Positions 38,183-49,571 of a stretch of DNA of 64,000 nucleotides are shown piece by piece. The translations under genes and the position numbers were made by a program. The stretch spans positions 12,489-76,488 of IMG/VR virus record IMGVR_UViG_2910441116_000002; one strand, 5' to 3'. Positions within the stretch are counted from its first letter, which is position 1. Each line of letters begins with the position of its first letter. The notes below the pieces were generated by a model that was not told where the DNA came from, searched no databases, and worked only from the letters and a program-made list of their open reading frames with translations. The DNA comes from a virus. Its lineage: Duplodnaviria > Caudoviricetes.

Positions 38183-40438
38183 TTACCGAACCGGACATAC
38201 GCCACCTTCGCAGCCGTCAGCGCCTTCTAAGTCCGAACCTTCTCCCGTTTCGTACCGCTCGAGGGCAGCCGGATCGAAGTCGGTCATCTTCGCCTTCATT
38301 TCGTCGTATTGTTCCTTCGTTATTTTCTCGTAAGGTGCGAGCTCGTAAGAACCTCCGTCCAATTGGAGGAATGATACACCTACGAAGTCGTCCCAATTAT
38401 CGTACACAACGTCCTCAACTACACCCCATTCATCCGGCCGGACGGTAATCGTATTAGACGAGTTGTGCTCCGTATAATTACGTTGGAATGTAAAGTAGGT
38501 ATCAAGTTGTTCCGCAGCAGGCACGTCGTCTTTCGTTCTTTCAGCGCCGGATTTAATCGGAAAGTCGATGACGAGCGTACGAGCGTTTGCAAGGCGTTCT
38601 TCGTTCGTTTCGCCTGGCGTACCTACTTCCGCATTTATCGTCCAACCTAAGTCCTTCGCGGCCTCGGTTAACGGATCATTCGCGCTGATTCGGATTCGGC
38701 GGATGTAGTACGGTGAATGCGAGTAATGCAATCCGCTCGATACGCCGCCTGCTACTTGCGAAATAGTACCCTCCGGCTTTACCGTTGTTACGAGTAACGG
38801 CGCATTCACGCGGAGTTCTTTCGCGTAGTCGTCGGCTGCTTTGCGCGCTTCGTATCCGAGCATATCGACGAGCGTTTTTTCGTAATCTATGGCGGTGAGT
38901 GAATCCGGAATATCGATTAAAGCGAGCGCATCTTTTACGCCAGTTAACGATGTTCCGAGTAGGCGGTCGCGTTGCTGTACTTCGTTCCAATGCGGAATTT
39001 CGAGGTCAACGAGGGTCATCCGTAAACCTGCACGTGCAGAATGGCGTTGAGCTTCCATAAGACCTTCCATATCCAATTGCCCGTCCTTTACGAATTCAAC
39101 GAGGTTTACCGTCGTTAAGTTACATACGCCGTAAGAGTCAAGTAATATCTCGAAACATGGGTTTACACCTTCCGCGTTCGGTCGTCGTCTTTTCGCTTCC
39201 GCCGCATTTCCTAGTCCGGGTTCACCTTCCGCCTGCATTAATTCAAATACGAGATTCAACGTCTGCTTGCTCGGCTTATCTTCGAACCATACCGAATTGT
39301 TCGACATTCTCCGGTGGTGCAACGGCCTTGCGTTCGGATCCATCGTAGGCAGCTCGGCCAGTTTATTCGCTAACGCGTTTAACCCCGCCTTTTCTACGAG
39401 TCCGACGACCTTTTCGTGCTGCTCGACGTTCCATATTCCGTTAATTCCGTACTTTGCGAACATAGACTCGTAGTCGTCCGCGTCGAACAGAAATATCTCG
39501 GCCGTTCTTCGTACACCCCCAACGACCACGTTATTTCCGATTAAGTTTCCGATATCCAGGATATGAACCGGACGTAGTTTAACCTTACCTTCGCCCACCT
39601 TTTCCAACGGATCGAGCGAAGAATCAATTTCATTCCGGATTACCTTCGCGATTCCTTCGAACATTTCTTTCAACGGCTCATATCCGCTGGCAGTTCCGCC
39701 GAACGTATGCAGCCTCGCACCTTTCGGACGGATGTAGTCGTAGAAAATTCCGATTTCCTCGATTCCTTCGTACTCTGACTCGGTGTGCAAACGGAAGAAT
39801 GTCCGGAGCGCCTCGACCCAACCTTCCTTCGAGTCTCCTACGTGAATGACCGCCTTTTTGCCTTCGTTAATTACGAATAGGTTCGTAGTGTCCTCTTTGA
39901 CTAGCGGGTAGCGCTGCGTATATTCTTCGTGGATTACGTCGATGTCGTTACGAATAGGCGGAAGTTCTTGCGCGAATTGCTTCGTACATTTAAATCCGAC
40001 GCCGGTGCCTACGAGGAGCAAGTAGAACAAGTCGCCTAAGTCTTCGTAGCTTCGGATGTTCGTATAGCTGCAGTTAAAATTAGAGAGCGGATATTTGTCG
40101 GCCACGCTTCCGTCTGCACCGCCCACCCAAAGTGTACGCCCCGATAGGAACTGGCGGAGGTTGAACATGTTATCGAAAAACTCCTCGGCCTCTTTGCGGA
40201 ATCCATCGTAATCCACCGCATAGCCGATCTTTTCCGTATGCTTTACGCCGAGTTCTACGTTATATTCCGTCGCCCGCTTGACCGTCTCTTTCCACGTTTC
40301 TCTCCGACCTTTCTCCGGAAGGTAACGGGAGTAAGTCCGGTAGTATACGAATTTACCTAGTTCGTTCATATGCTCGGGAAAGTCCGCGTATTGCCCGAGA
40401 AATTCCTCCGTTAGTAGCTTCGATTCCATTTGCGTCAT
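38183..40438 (-). CDS. nrdJ: Class II (adenosylcobalamin) ribonucleotide reductase, monomeric type
   Basis: YYRTYSR, SGRTLW, FNC, GGVRRTAEI, NPCFEI, TVKPEGT, C-terminal CEGGVCPVR. Confidence 0.93.
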   Translation of the reverse strand: MTQMESKLLTEEFLGQYADFPEHMNELGKFVYYRTYSRYLPEKGRRETWKETVKRATEYNVELGVKHTEKIGYAVDYDGFRKEAEEFFDNMFNLRQFLSGRTLWVGGADGSVADKYPLSNFNCSYTNIRSYEDLGDLFYLLLVGTGVGFKCTKQFAQELPPIRNDIDVIHEEYTQRYPLVKEDTTNLFVINEGKKAVIHVGDSKEGWVEALRTFFRLHTESEYEGIEEIGIFYDYIRPKGARLHTFGGTASGYEPLKEMFEGIAKVIRNEIDSSLDPLEKVGEGKVKLRPVHILDIGNLIGNNVVVGGVRRTAEIFLFDADDYESMFAKYGINGIWNVEQHEKVVGLVEKAGLNALANKLAELPTMDPNARPLHHRRMSNNSVWFEDKPSKQTLNLVFELMQAEGEPGLGNAAEAKRRRPNAEGVNPCFEILLDSYGVCNLTTVNLVEFVKDGQLDMEGLMEAQRHSARAGLRMTLVDLEIPHWNEVQQRDRLLGTSLTGVKDALALIDIPDSLTAIDYEKTLVDMLGYEARKAADDYAKELRVNAPLLVTTVKPEGTISQVAGGVSSGLHYSHSPYYIRRIRISANDPLTEAAKDLGWTINAEVGTPGETNEERLANARTLVIDFPIKSGAERTKDDVPAAEQLDTYFTFQRNYTEHNSSNTITVRPDEWGVVEDVVYDNWDDFVGVSFLQLDGGSYELAPYEKITKEQYDEMKAKMTDFDPAALERYETGEGSDLEGADGCEGGVCPVR

Positions 40439-40457
40439 TTAATCGTCTCCTTTTCGG

Positions 40458-42330
40458 TTATAACTTGAAAAACTTTTCCGGAAATCCTCGTTTTCTTGGA
40501 CGGATTTTCTCCGCTAAAATAGCAAACGCATTTAACACCATTATCACGACGTTAACGCCTGGTATTACGGTAAAAAGTATATCTATCGAGGTCGGCGTAA
40601 TATTTTTAAATATGTGCGTGTGCATCCACCGTACCTGCCGCCAATTTATATACGCAGGCAGCACGTAAAACACCGCGATCAAAACGGTAATCGTCAGAAA
40701 CTCGCTCATTCGTCGCCCTCCTCTCCGCCAAACTTTTCGAGCAACGCCCGCGATTCCGCAACCCCGCGTTCTGTCTCCGCGAGCTCCGCCTTAAGCGCCT
40801 GTACGCGTTCCTTTGCCGCCAAAAGATCGTACTCCAACTCGCCGCGCCTCCGTTCCTGGTGGCGTTCGATTTGCCGGAGTTGGGCGAGGAAGGTTGCGGA
40901 AAATTCGTTGTTTAATCGGGGCATGCGTTATTCCTCCTGTCCGATGATATCGTCGACTCTTCTTACTTCCTCGGCAACGTAGAAAATACGATATCCTTCT
41001 CCGCGTAATGTTTCGATCGCCTCATCCGGATTGCCGACAAGAAATGTTTTTCCGTCCGAGAATTCGAAACCTTCCTCTTTACCTGCGATTAAAAATAGTA
41101 AGTTTTTCATTTAACCATCCTCCTTATTCTTCTCGTAAAGACGTACGCTAATTGCGCCGAATACGTACGTTAATACCATCACCGTTAACATCTCCGGAAT
41201 ATAATCGACGAGTATCATTCGTCCTCCCTTTCCGTTTCGCGTACGACATCTACGCCGTCTACCTTCGTAAACGCCAGCGCCATTAATCCGCAAGCCGCCG
41301 CATTCAGCGCATAACTCACGAATATGACGAAGCCAGGTTGCGGATAGCCGACGGTTAAGCAGACGATCGCCGTGAGCCAAATGACGGACATGAGTATGAA
41401 GGTGTTGCGTAGTATTCCGGCCATCAAATCCGCCCCTTTCGGATGTCTTCGATAATTTCGTTCATCCCCTCGTTAAAATCCGACTTGAAGTCCGCGATGA
41501 TGTCGGCTTTTTCGTCCTCGGTTACGTCGATTTGGCGTAAGGTTTCTCGCATTTCTTCGGCGATTTCCTTCGCCCCTTTTGCGCAATTTGCTCGCGTAGC
41601 TGACGCCATTGATAGTCCGATAATCCGATCGTAGTTCATTTCTTATCCGCCTCTCTAATGATTTCATCGTAACTCTTTAACGTGTATCCTTTCGGCTTGT
41701 GGTAAACCGTTTCTCCATCCATTTCAATTTTTACGTCGAGGTCTGTACCGAAATCTAAACTCTCCTCATTCTTTTTGGATGTTACTTTTGTAGCTAAATC
41801 TAGCATTAGTAACAAGAATCGTCCGACTCCATAATGGACTGCAAAATTCACGACTACGATGATTAAAGTAGGAAGTTGGAAGAAAGGGTTTCCGTCTACA
41901 AGAAAAGCCACCAGTTTAATTAACGTCATAACCCCTGCAAGCATTACCGCCAAATTATGGTTGAAATTTTTCGTCATTTAATCGACCTCCTTAGTGAATT
42001 CAATAAAAATTATCTCGGAAGGCGCTATATTTAATCGACCGTTAATTGTCTCAAGTGAAGAGGATTTAAAACTTTCTGACTGAAAACGTTTATACGTTTT
42101 ATGGTCAATCTGCGTTTTATGAACGTATCTTTCCGTACCAATCAGCGCGTAGTATTTATACACTTATTCGTCCTCCTTAGCTTTGTACGAAAGTAAGAAC
42201 ATCATCGCCCGCTTACTGATATATCCGCCATGGATAAGCGCTACGTAATTATCCGCAGTCCTGCGTTTCTTGAACGTTAAATGTGCGATTGTATTAAAGA
42301 ATCGGTATATGCGGTATTTCATCCGATCGC
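40458..42330 (-). other. Array of about 9 small hypothetical ORFs, several membrane-like
   Basis: Coupled short ORFs with RBSs (40458, 40706, 40928, 41215, 41424, 41636, 41978...). Confidence 0.6.
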
Positions 42331-42349
42331 CTCCTTCTAATTCTCCGAA

Positions 42350-42880
42350 CTAACTTTGCGGAATTCCTTCCAAGTAACCTTCGCGTATCAACCACGCCAA
42401 TCCAATCGCAGCCGCGTCGCTTTCATCGTCGTAAGCAAATTCCCCGCTAAAGCCCGTAAGCTCCCGAACAGCCGCCTCAACCTCCGCCTTTTCTGCGCGC
42501 CCTTTTCCGACGACGAGCTTTTTTACGGATTGCTGCGGAATAGGCTTCGCGGTGTCTGCGAGTGAAAAATCGAACATTGCCCGATCTATTCCGGCGTGGG
42601 CGGTGAATATCGAGTGGTTGCCGAATTTGCCGGAATATTTTTCGCGGAGGATTACGGAATACGGTCGAGACGGCGTTTGGTTGTCCGCGATGAATAAGTG
42701 CGCCCAAGCCTCGATCGTTTTGCCGCGAACGGCGTACGGCTGTTTGGCGTCGGTGCGGACGTGAGAAAGGGCAATTATCTTCGCCGTGCCGTTCTTGTAT
42801 TCGAGGACTGCGGCGCCCGGACGCGAAAGCGAGATATCGAACGTGAGTATACGGATAGTCGGCGCCTTAGTTTCCGGCAT
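42350..42880 (-). CDS. RuvC-like Holliday junction resolvase
   Basis: LTFDIS, LRE, VKKLVVGKGRAEK, DESDAAAI. Confidence 0.85.
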   Translation of the reverse strand: MPETKAPTIRILTFDISLSRPGAAVLEYKNGTAKIIALSHVRTDAKQPYAVRGKTIEAWAHLFIADNQTPSRPYSVILREKYSGKFGNHSIFTAHAGIDRAMFDFSLADTAKPIPQQSVKKLVVGKGRAEKAEVEAAVRELTGFSGEFAYDDESDAAAIGLAWLIREGYLEGIPQS

Positions 42881-43045
42881 TGCTTGAGTCCCTTCCGAGT
42901 ATTAAGGCGGACATTGTGTGGTCCGATTGTTGGTATTGAATTTCGCAAATAATCCCCTTTGACTGGAGACTATCTACATATTCCGTTAAATCCGCATGGA
43001 ATTTATCAGGATCAGATTGCGTAATGTGTCCGATAGTTTTTATCA

Positions 43046-44104
43046 TCACTCCGCCTCCTCACGTAATTGTTCGATCTGCTCAACCGCGTCAACTATCTGC
43101 GCCTTTTTGAAGCCGGGCATGTTCGACTTAAGTGCCGCCTTTTTCTTACGTTGTAACTCCGCTAGTTCATCGTCGGAAAGAGACGTCGCGCACGCCTGCT
43201 TGAAGTTGTTGAACGTCCAATTGTCGAGGTCTAACGGTAATGGGTCGTTCGCGTCAATCGACGTCTGCACCTTCGTAAAGTAGTCGAATAGCTCGCGTTT
43301 ATCAGCCTCCGTAATATTCACGCCAAACGCCCGGATGTCCGGATTCTTTGCGTAGGTGTCATCGTCGTAAACCCACGTCTTTTTCGCGGCGTTGACGTAT
43401 AGGATGATGAATTTTGACACGTTATACATTTCCGCATAAGCTACGCATTGTTTGACGTGCTTCTCCTCCGGTTGGCGCATCGAATAATGGGACGTCTTAG
43501 CTGCGGAGGTCTGCTTCGACTTTATCTCGAGGCCGACGCGTAAAAGCTCGCCTGTTTCCGGATCGGCGTACTCGAGGATTCCGTCGCATGTTCCGTATAG
43601 ATAGAAGGATTTGCCGTTATGCTCGACGCGGTGATTCTTTTTGGCGAAGTCCTCAAATTGCGGAAATCCTTCCGGCGTCCGTTCAAACTTAAACGGCGTC
43701 GGCTTTCCGCGCTTCTTTTCGTAGTTTCTCTCCATTGCGAGTATATCCCGCTGAATCACGCTGCCGATTGCCGTCCCGATCGCCGCCCATCGCGTTTGGT
43801 GCGGCTGCTTATCGAAATTGTCCTTCTTCGCGCGCTTGGCTTTCATATAAAGCATACGCGGACAGGCGTTGGCGCTCGACGGAGAAAAGTACGGGCGTTT
43901 CGGAAATAGCTTCGGGGCGTTCGCGTACCACCGGTTAATCTGCGTGTCGAGTTCGTTGTCCCAGACTTCGCTAAGCGCGTGAAAGTCGTCGAGGTAATCA
44001 AGGAATACGTCCGCAATTTCTTGGGCTTTACTGTTATTAATTTCATCAATTCCAGTTTGAAGTGTGTTTACAGCTGATTCTTCTTCTCGTTTTTTATTCG
44101 TCAA
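43046..44104 (-). CDS. PD-(D/E)XK exonuclease (Cas4/RecB-like)
   Basis: FSPSSANACPR, GTCDGI, LEIKSK, QCVAY. Confidence 0.75.
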   Translation of the reverse strand: MTNKKREEESAVNTLQTGIDEINNSKAQEIADVFLDYLDDFHALSEVWDNELDTQINRWYANAPKLFPKRPYFSPSSANACPRMLYMKAKRAKKDNFDKQPHQTRWAAIGTAIGSVIQRDILAMERNYEKKRGKPTPFKFERTPEGFPQFEDFAKKNHRVEHNGKSFYLYGTCDGILEYADPETGELLRVGLEIKSKQTSAAKTSHYSMRQPEEKHVKQCVAYAEMYNVSKFIILYVNAAKKTWVYDDDTYAKNPDIRAFGVNITEADKRELFDYFTKVQTSIDANDPLPLDLDNWTFNNFKQACATSLSDDELAELQRKKKAALKSNMPGFKKAQIVDAVEQIEQLREEAE

Positions 44105-44590
44105 TTAATCGTCTCCTTTTATCTCGTTTTTGAACGCGAACTCTCCGTACAACTCTTCTGCTTTCTGGTTATAGGCGCTTGCTGCTTCTTCTCTGTTTTC
44201 AAAACAACCTATAATAATCTCTTTTCCGTTTTTATATATTCTCGACCGCCATTTCTGACCACATCGGCTGACTCCTTTGTAACCAGATGTGTTGTTTGTT
44301 TTAACTCCGGTGTTGAACATGTTTTTACTTCTGTCTGTAAATCTGAGGTTTTTCTTTCGGTTATCTAACCCGCTCCTGTTTACGTGGTCTACTTCTGTGT
44401 TTTCCTTGGCTTTCATAATCTCTCGGTGCATATAAACTTTTTTATACTGTCTGTATCCTACCTTCTTCCGTCTGCAAACGTATCCGCACCCAGTGTCCTC
44501 GAAGTACCAGCTATTTTCGTTTAACCAATCAAAATCCTCATCGTCCACTAAGGTAAACTTTCCTTTAGTTAACGGTAGTCTTTTTGTCAT
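44105..44590 (-). CDS. HNH-AP2 homing endonuclease
   Basis: LVDDEDF, MHREIM, VDHVN..GLDNRKKNLR, SGYKGV, AYN..A..LYGEFA. Confidence 0.92.
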   Translation of the reverse strand: MTKRLPLTKGKFTLVDDEDFDWLNENSWYFEDTGCGYVCRRKKVGYRQYKKVYMHREIMKAKENTEVDHVNRSGLDNRKKNLRFTDRSKNMFNTGVKTNNTSGYKGVSRCGQKWRSRIYKNGKEIIIGCFENREEAASAYNQKAEELYGEFAFKNEIKGDD

Positions 44591-46724
44591 TGAACCACTC
44601 CTCTATGCTTATACCTACGCCCCATCTACGGTAGAACTCGAGGTCTGTGGCGTTCGGTATATTGCCGAAAATGTACGTATTTACCATGACGTCCTCGAAC
44701 TCTTTTACGTCCTGCCTCGTAATAGTCTCCGGAACTAGGACTAATGCCTCATCATGGACAACGCAGTAAAGACGCCATTCTCCGTTACCTTCCGCAGTTT
44801 TCCGGTCACATAACGATTGAAGCTCGTTCATCGTCACCTTCGTCTGAATCGCCGCGGAGCCTTGTACTCGGGCGTTGGTTGATTGCGTAAATACGGCGGA
44901 GTAATGTCCGTTTGCGCTCCGATCCTTTGCGTCAGGCAGGCGGCGTTTCCGTTGATTACGATCCATCCATACGTAGCCGTGCTTTTTTACGTACTTCTGA
45001 TTTTCCTCGACCCATTGCTTAACGACAGGGAAACGTTCGAAAAAGTTATCGAGGAATTTTTGCGCCTCTTTCTTGTCGATTCCGATAGCGTCCTTAAGCA
45101 TGTTTGGCCCTCCGCCGTAAGCTACCGCAAGCATGATTACCTTCGCCTGACTTCGATAGGTTGTTCCGTCTCCGCACTCCTCGATCGGTTTCTCGAATAC
45201 TTCCGAGGCGATGGACGCGTAAAGGTCGTGGCCTTTTTCGTAATTTTCGACTAGCTTCGGGTCTTGCGAGAAGTACGCTAGACAACGGTATTCTTGTTGC
45301 GACCAATCTCCGCCGAGTATTACGTAACCTTTTGGCGCCGTGAATAGTTTACGTGCTTTCTTAGGTTGATTTTGAAGATTGACACCTGATCCTCCGGAAG
45401 AAAAGCGCCCTGTCTTGGCGCCGTTCTGATTAAAGTTTGTATATAACTTACCGGTACGCTCATCGACTAACTCAGGAAGCGCGTTTATATACGTTGAGTA
45501 AAGTTTGAAGTTATCTTTATAGTCGAGTAGTTTAGCTATTACGGAATGTTTTTTCTTTAACGGCTTAAGGACTTTCTTAGCGTCCGTTGATTCGAGTGTT
45601 TCGCCCGTTGCCGCCTCTAGCGCAGGTTTAAGTTGAGCCGGAGAGTTGAGGTTAATGTCGCCTAACTCGTCAATCAACTCCGCGTATAACCGATCAATCT
45701 CCGCTTTGATTTCCGCCCCGTATTCCTTCGCGTATTCCAGGTCGATGTCGAATCCGGTCATTTCCATTTGCGCCACCGTATGAATTAGCGGAACTTCGAC
45801 GGAGGTGTAATATTCGAGAATATCCGGAAACCTCGCTAAATGCTCCCGTTGGAAGTCTCGTAGTTTCCTAGTTACGTCACCGTCTTTCGCCGCATATGCA
45901 AGCGCCACTTGTAAATCGTCCACTTCGTCAAATCCCGTATTTTTTCCGAAAAGCTCATCGTACTTTTCCGATTGTATATCGAGGTATTTCGTAACCAACG
46001 GCTTAAGCGCAAAGGACGGCTCATTCTCGTTAAGCATCCGCATAGCTTCCTGCGTATCCCACGTTAAACCTCGTAAATCAACGCCGTCTCGGTCGAGCAT
46101 GTGTATATCGTACTTGGCATTGTGGGCGAGCTTCCCTAGCGATGGATTCTCGTAATACGGCTTAAGCGTTTTAACCACGTACTCATTATCGAGCTGCGGA
46201 TGATCCGTTTTGTGCTTCGTAGGAATGTACGCATGAATGTCCGCCTGTATAGCCGTGATTACGTGGCCGACTATTCTATCGCGCCATACGTTAACACCCG
46301 TCGTTTCTACGTCGAATACGATTTCTTTTTCGTCGTCCAATATATGAGTTAGTTCGGTCAGGCTCGCTTCGTCCGTAACTAGCCAGTAGTTGTCCGGAAC
46401 TGATTCCGCCATATCACGCAGGCGTTCTTCGCGTTTTTGTTCGGCCAGGTACTTGTATAAACGGAGTGCTTCGGCAGCCGAGAACTTCCCTTTCGCGCCA
46501 TCCTCACGCCCGAGCTCTCCGGAAAACATCGCCTGCTTCACCGCGTCCATTTTCGCCTGGTTGTTCGCGTAAGACTTCGATCGCATAATTCTGCCCCACG
46601 CCTCTTCCAACGGCTCCGCGTTAGCTTCCTGCGCGTCAGCCTGCCGTTTTCGGGCGTCGGCTACTTTCGCTTCCGCCTCGTTATTTTCCGTCTGCTCGCC
46701 CGCTAAGTTCAACCGTAATTGCAT
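44565..46724 (-). CDS. Family A DNA polymerase with 3'-5' exonuclease
   Basis: FDVETTG, HNAKYD, TGRFSS, DWSQQEYR, R..AK...AVAYG, QGSAA, VHDE. Confidence 0.95.
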   Translation of the reverse strand: MQLRLNLAGEQTENNEAEAKVADARKRQADAQEANAEPLEEAWGRIMRSKSYANNQAKMDAVKQAMFSGELGREDGAKGKFSAAEALRLYKYLAEQKREERLRDMAESVPDNYWLVTDEASLTELTHILDDEKEIVFDVETTGVNVWRDRIVGHVITAIQADIHAYIPTKHKTDHPQLDNEYVVKTLKPYYENPSLGKLAHNAKYDIHMLDRDGVDLRGLTWDTQEAMRMLNENEPSFALKPLVTKYLDIQSEKYDELFGKNTGFDEVDDLQVALAYAAKDGDVTRKLRDFQREHLARFPDILEYYTSVEVPLIHTVAQMEMTGFDIDLEYAKEYGAEIKAEIDRLYAELIDELGDINLNSPAQLKPALEAATGETLESTDAKKVLKPLKKKHSVIAKLLDYKDNFKLYSTYINALPELVDERTGKLYTNFNQNGAKTGRFSSGGSGVNLQNQPKKARKLFTAPKGYVILGGDWSQQEYRCLAYFSQDPKLVENYEKGHDLYASIASEVFEKPIEECGDGTTYRSQAKVIMLAVAYGGGPNMLKDAIGIDKKEAQKFLDNFFERFPVVKQWVEENQKYVKKHGYVWMDRNQRKRRLPDAKDRSANGHYSAVFTQSTNARVQGSAAIQTKVTMNELQSLCDRKTAEGNGEWRLYCVVHDEALVLVPETITRQDVKEFEDVMVNTYIFGNIPNATDLEFYRRWGVGISIEEWFNDKKTTVN

Positions 46725-46768
46725 ATTCCCGCGCCACCTCCTTCCGTTCCTTTGGCGTTGTTAATACG

Positions 46769-47503
46769 TTAGTTATCGAGGCGATTTTCTACGAATACGA
46801 CCGGAACACACCAGCTCGGCTCTCCGTGATATCCGTCGAAGTGGAAATCTCCGTCCGACATAACCTCGCCTACAATTGCGGTATCTCCTTCGCCGTATTC
46901 AGATCCGGTTGACTCCGTAAATCTAACGACATCCCCTTCGCGATATTCGTCGACCTTGCGTCCGGCGTCCGTGAATATCTTTTCGCGTCGGTGCTCCGCC
47001 GCTTTCCGTTTAGCTTCCGCGACTTCTTCGTCGGTTGCTGGCGTTAAGTCTCCGGCGTGGAACAACTCGTCTTCGCTATCGTCCAGGAGGTAGCATCGGA
47101 AATCATACGCCCTCCCGGCATTTTTCGTGACTTTGACGATATCTCCTTTTCGTAACTTTTCCGTTTCTTCCGTAATAACCTTCGCATAATCTCCGGGTTT
47201 CAACTCCGGCTGCCTATCCTTTCCCACGATAACCTCGTATTCCTTGAAGTCGATGAATTCCGGCTGTTCCGCTACGTGTACGTCATTTCTTGCGCAAGCA
47301 TGCGTCTCTGTTACGGTTAATACATCGCCGTCTTCATGCGTCTGACCGTCGATCCGATCAGCTTTCGTAATCAGAATACGTTCGCCCACTTTCGCCGGAC
47401 GTTTCTCCGTTTTGTATTCCGATTGCTCAAACTCGAACCCCATTTCGCGCAACTCCTCGACTGATCCTTCGATTGTAATTCCGTCCTGCGTAATTTTCGC
47501 CAT
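46769..47503 (-). CDS. Hypothetical phage protein with SH3-like repeats
   Basis: KRPAKVGERILIT, LKPGDYAKV, LTPATDEEV. Confidence 0.65.
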   Translation of the reverse strand: MAKITQDGITIEGSVEELREMGFEFEQSEYKTEKRPAKVGERILITKADRIDGQTHEDGDVLTVTETHACARNDVHVAEQPEFIDFKEYEVIVGKDRQPELKPGDYAKVITEETEKLRKGDIVKVTKNAGRAYDFRCYLLDDSEDELFHAGDLTPATDEEVAEAKRKAAEHRREKIFTDAGRKVDEYREGDVVRFTESTGSEYGEGDTAIVGEVMSDGDFHFDGYHGEPSWCVPVVFVENRLDN

Positions 47504-47716
47504 CTATAAATCGCTCCTTTTTCGTTTAATTTTCGCCCGCAACCGCCTTGTTAAAGTCCTCTCCCGCGCAAGTTATGCCGCAAGCCCAGGCGCCTGACTC
47601 CGCAAGCACCCACGCCTCATGCCCGCTCAATATCTCGTCGCCGCAATTTACGCAAGTTGTGTACGTGGGCAACGCCGGAGGGTCGGTCGGCAGGCGGCGG
47701 GAGAACCGGTCTAGAC

Positions 47717-48166
47717 TCACGCGCTCACTTCCGTTGTAATACCGATCTTTTCGCGTAAGGAAGCCCGGTCGAGTCCGATTGGTAGCTCCGTCCACTTTTC
47801 CGTAGCTTCGTACGTTTTGCTCCAATACTCCGCTTGGCTCGGATTGCTATTTTCGATGAGGAAAATACGCGGTGTTTCGCCATCGTCGACCAGCACTCCG
47901 ATGTAATAATCCGAGGCGTTGTCGACCCCATACGCCTTTCCTTGTCCGTTCCGCGCATAAAGCACGTACCAGTCTCCGCCTTTATCGCGGCGTTTGAGCG
48001 TTTTAACCTGGAATTTCTTATTAACGCCCGTTGCCGGATCATTGGCGGAAAGGTCGTAATATTCGTGCGTTTCCGGCTCCGATACGCCTTCCCAACCTCC
48101 GGCAATTAGCGCTGATTTTGCGATTAGCTGCGAGTAAATTCCGATTTTCTCCGTGTAGTATGCGAT
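47717..48166 (-). CDS. PD-(D/E)XK endonuclease (intron-associated family-like), probable ATC start
   Basis: Frame of 47717-47965 stays open to 48166: IAYYTEKIG...GWEGVSEP...YDL...FQVKT. Confidence 0.65.
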   Translation of the reverse strand: MAYYTEKIGIYSQLIAKSALIAGGWEGVSEPETHEYYDLSANDPATGVNKKFQVKTLKRRDKGGDWYVLYARNGQGKAYGVDNASDYYIGVLVDDGETPRIFLIENSNPSQAEYWSKTYEATEKWTELPIGLDRASLREKIGITTEVSA

Positions 48167-48558
48167 AATGATCTTCCCCTCTCCATGATTAAGCGAATTG
48201 CCAATCGTCTAGTGTTGCTCCTGATTCCGTTACCTCTTGTTCGCCGATTTCCATACATTCTTTGAGAGACGGAGATTCTACGAGAAAATGTCCGTTCTTT
48301 TCTCCATTACTCCAATAAAATTTAACGCGTACCATATTACTTCGCCCCTTTCCGTTTAACTCCGTAACCCCCGTAATATTCCGCGTAATTCTTCGGCTCC
48401 ATTCCGTAATGGTACCTCGGTTGGAATGGCTCGCCGGCCTCGCGCGCTTCTTCGCGGCGTTGTCGGCGGGATTTCGTGAATATTTTGCGCATGTTATTCG
48501 TCCTCCTATTTCGGATAAGTTTCGTCAGTCGTACGGAATTGTCCGGAGGAGTATCCGA

Positions 48559-49362
48559 TTAAAAAGGATATTCCTCCGTGTCATCCGCACCTTCGCCAAC
48601 TTCCTCGTTACTGCCCGTATTGTCGTCCGGGTCGTCGCCTTGTTTATCGGGTAGCACGTCTTTATTCACGTGGTCAGGGTGAGCATCACGCAAGATTTCG
48701 ATGATGTCCGATTCTTCACGGAAGTTTGCGAGTTCTTCATAGTCGATGTCCTCGTCCATGAACGGCTTTGCTTCCTCGATAACCTTGTCGTCTAGGTCGC
48801 CCATTTCGATCATGAACGTTTTGTCGTCCTTTTTAATCGTGAATGCGTCGCCGATTAACGAGTATTCTTTGTTGAATTTCTTTGCGGATTTCTCGATAGA
48901 ATCGTAACCTTTAAGGATGTTCATTACGTGAAACTCTTTCGTGTCAATTACGCGCCACGTTTTATACTCGGGGTCATATACCGGAATCATAAAGTAGAGA
49001 ACACGTTTAGCTTCGGCTGCGTCCGAAATACATACCTTTGGATTCGGTTTCTCGTACTTAGCGAATAACTGCTCGGCTTCTTCGACCGTTTCCGGTGCTT
49101 TACGTGGTGAATTAAGGCACGTATGTTTTTTGATGTAAAGCTCAAACGGTGAGAAATTCGATTTTTCGTGTACGTAATAAAAGAACCACAAATCAGGGTC
49201 GCGTAGCATTACAAACGTTTTTCCTTCCGGGCCTAGCTCGCTGCCTTGTCCGCCTAGTCTTACGTATCTCGTAACGCCGTCCGGCAAATCCCCGTTAATT
49301 CCTCCGTTTGCTGCCTGATCGCGCTTTTCCTCACGTTTTTTCAAGTTGTCGCGTAGTCCCAT
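48559..49362 (-). CDS. Probable single-stranded DNA-binding protein (gp32-like)
   Basis: YYVHE..HTC..C, acidic tail ending EEYPF; upstream of the polymerase. Confidence 0.65.
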   Translation of the reverse strand: MGLRDNLKKREEKRDQAANGGINGDLPDGVTRYVRLGGQGSELGPEGKTFVMLRDPDLWFFYYVHEKSNFSPFELYIKKHTCLNSPRKAPETVEEAEQLFAKYEKPNPKVCISDAAEAKRVLYFMIPVYDPEYKTWRVIDTKEFHVMNILKGYDSIEKSAKKFNKEYSLIGDAFTIKKDDKTFMIEMGDLDDKVIEEAKPFMDEDIDYEELANFREESDIIEILRDAHPDHVNKDVLPDKQGDDPDDNTGSNEEVGEGADDTEEYPF

Positions 49363-49571
49363 TCAATCGTCTCCTTTTCGTTGTTTTATTTGTTGGGTAA
49401 TGAAATCTAGCGTTAGTAAATCGGAGAAGGTACGGAATTATCTCCCGTAATCACTTCGTATTCACTAACGACCTCTTCATCCGACATTTTTGCAATCATA
49501 CCCACCGGATAATTGGCGTTCAATAGAAACGCGCGCAAATTCTTTACGTTCTCCATTCAATCGTCCCCTTT

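Noticed and set aside
43046-44104. Cas4 as evidence of CRISPR-Cas
   Set aside because: Stand-alone replication-module nuclease lacking the C-terminal Cys cluster; no array or cas1/cas2
38183-46724. Intron or intein in the RNR or polymerase, given the nearby HNH gene
   Set aside because: Both ORFs are continuous, of normal length and have all motifs; the HNH-AP2 gene is free-standing
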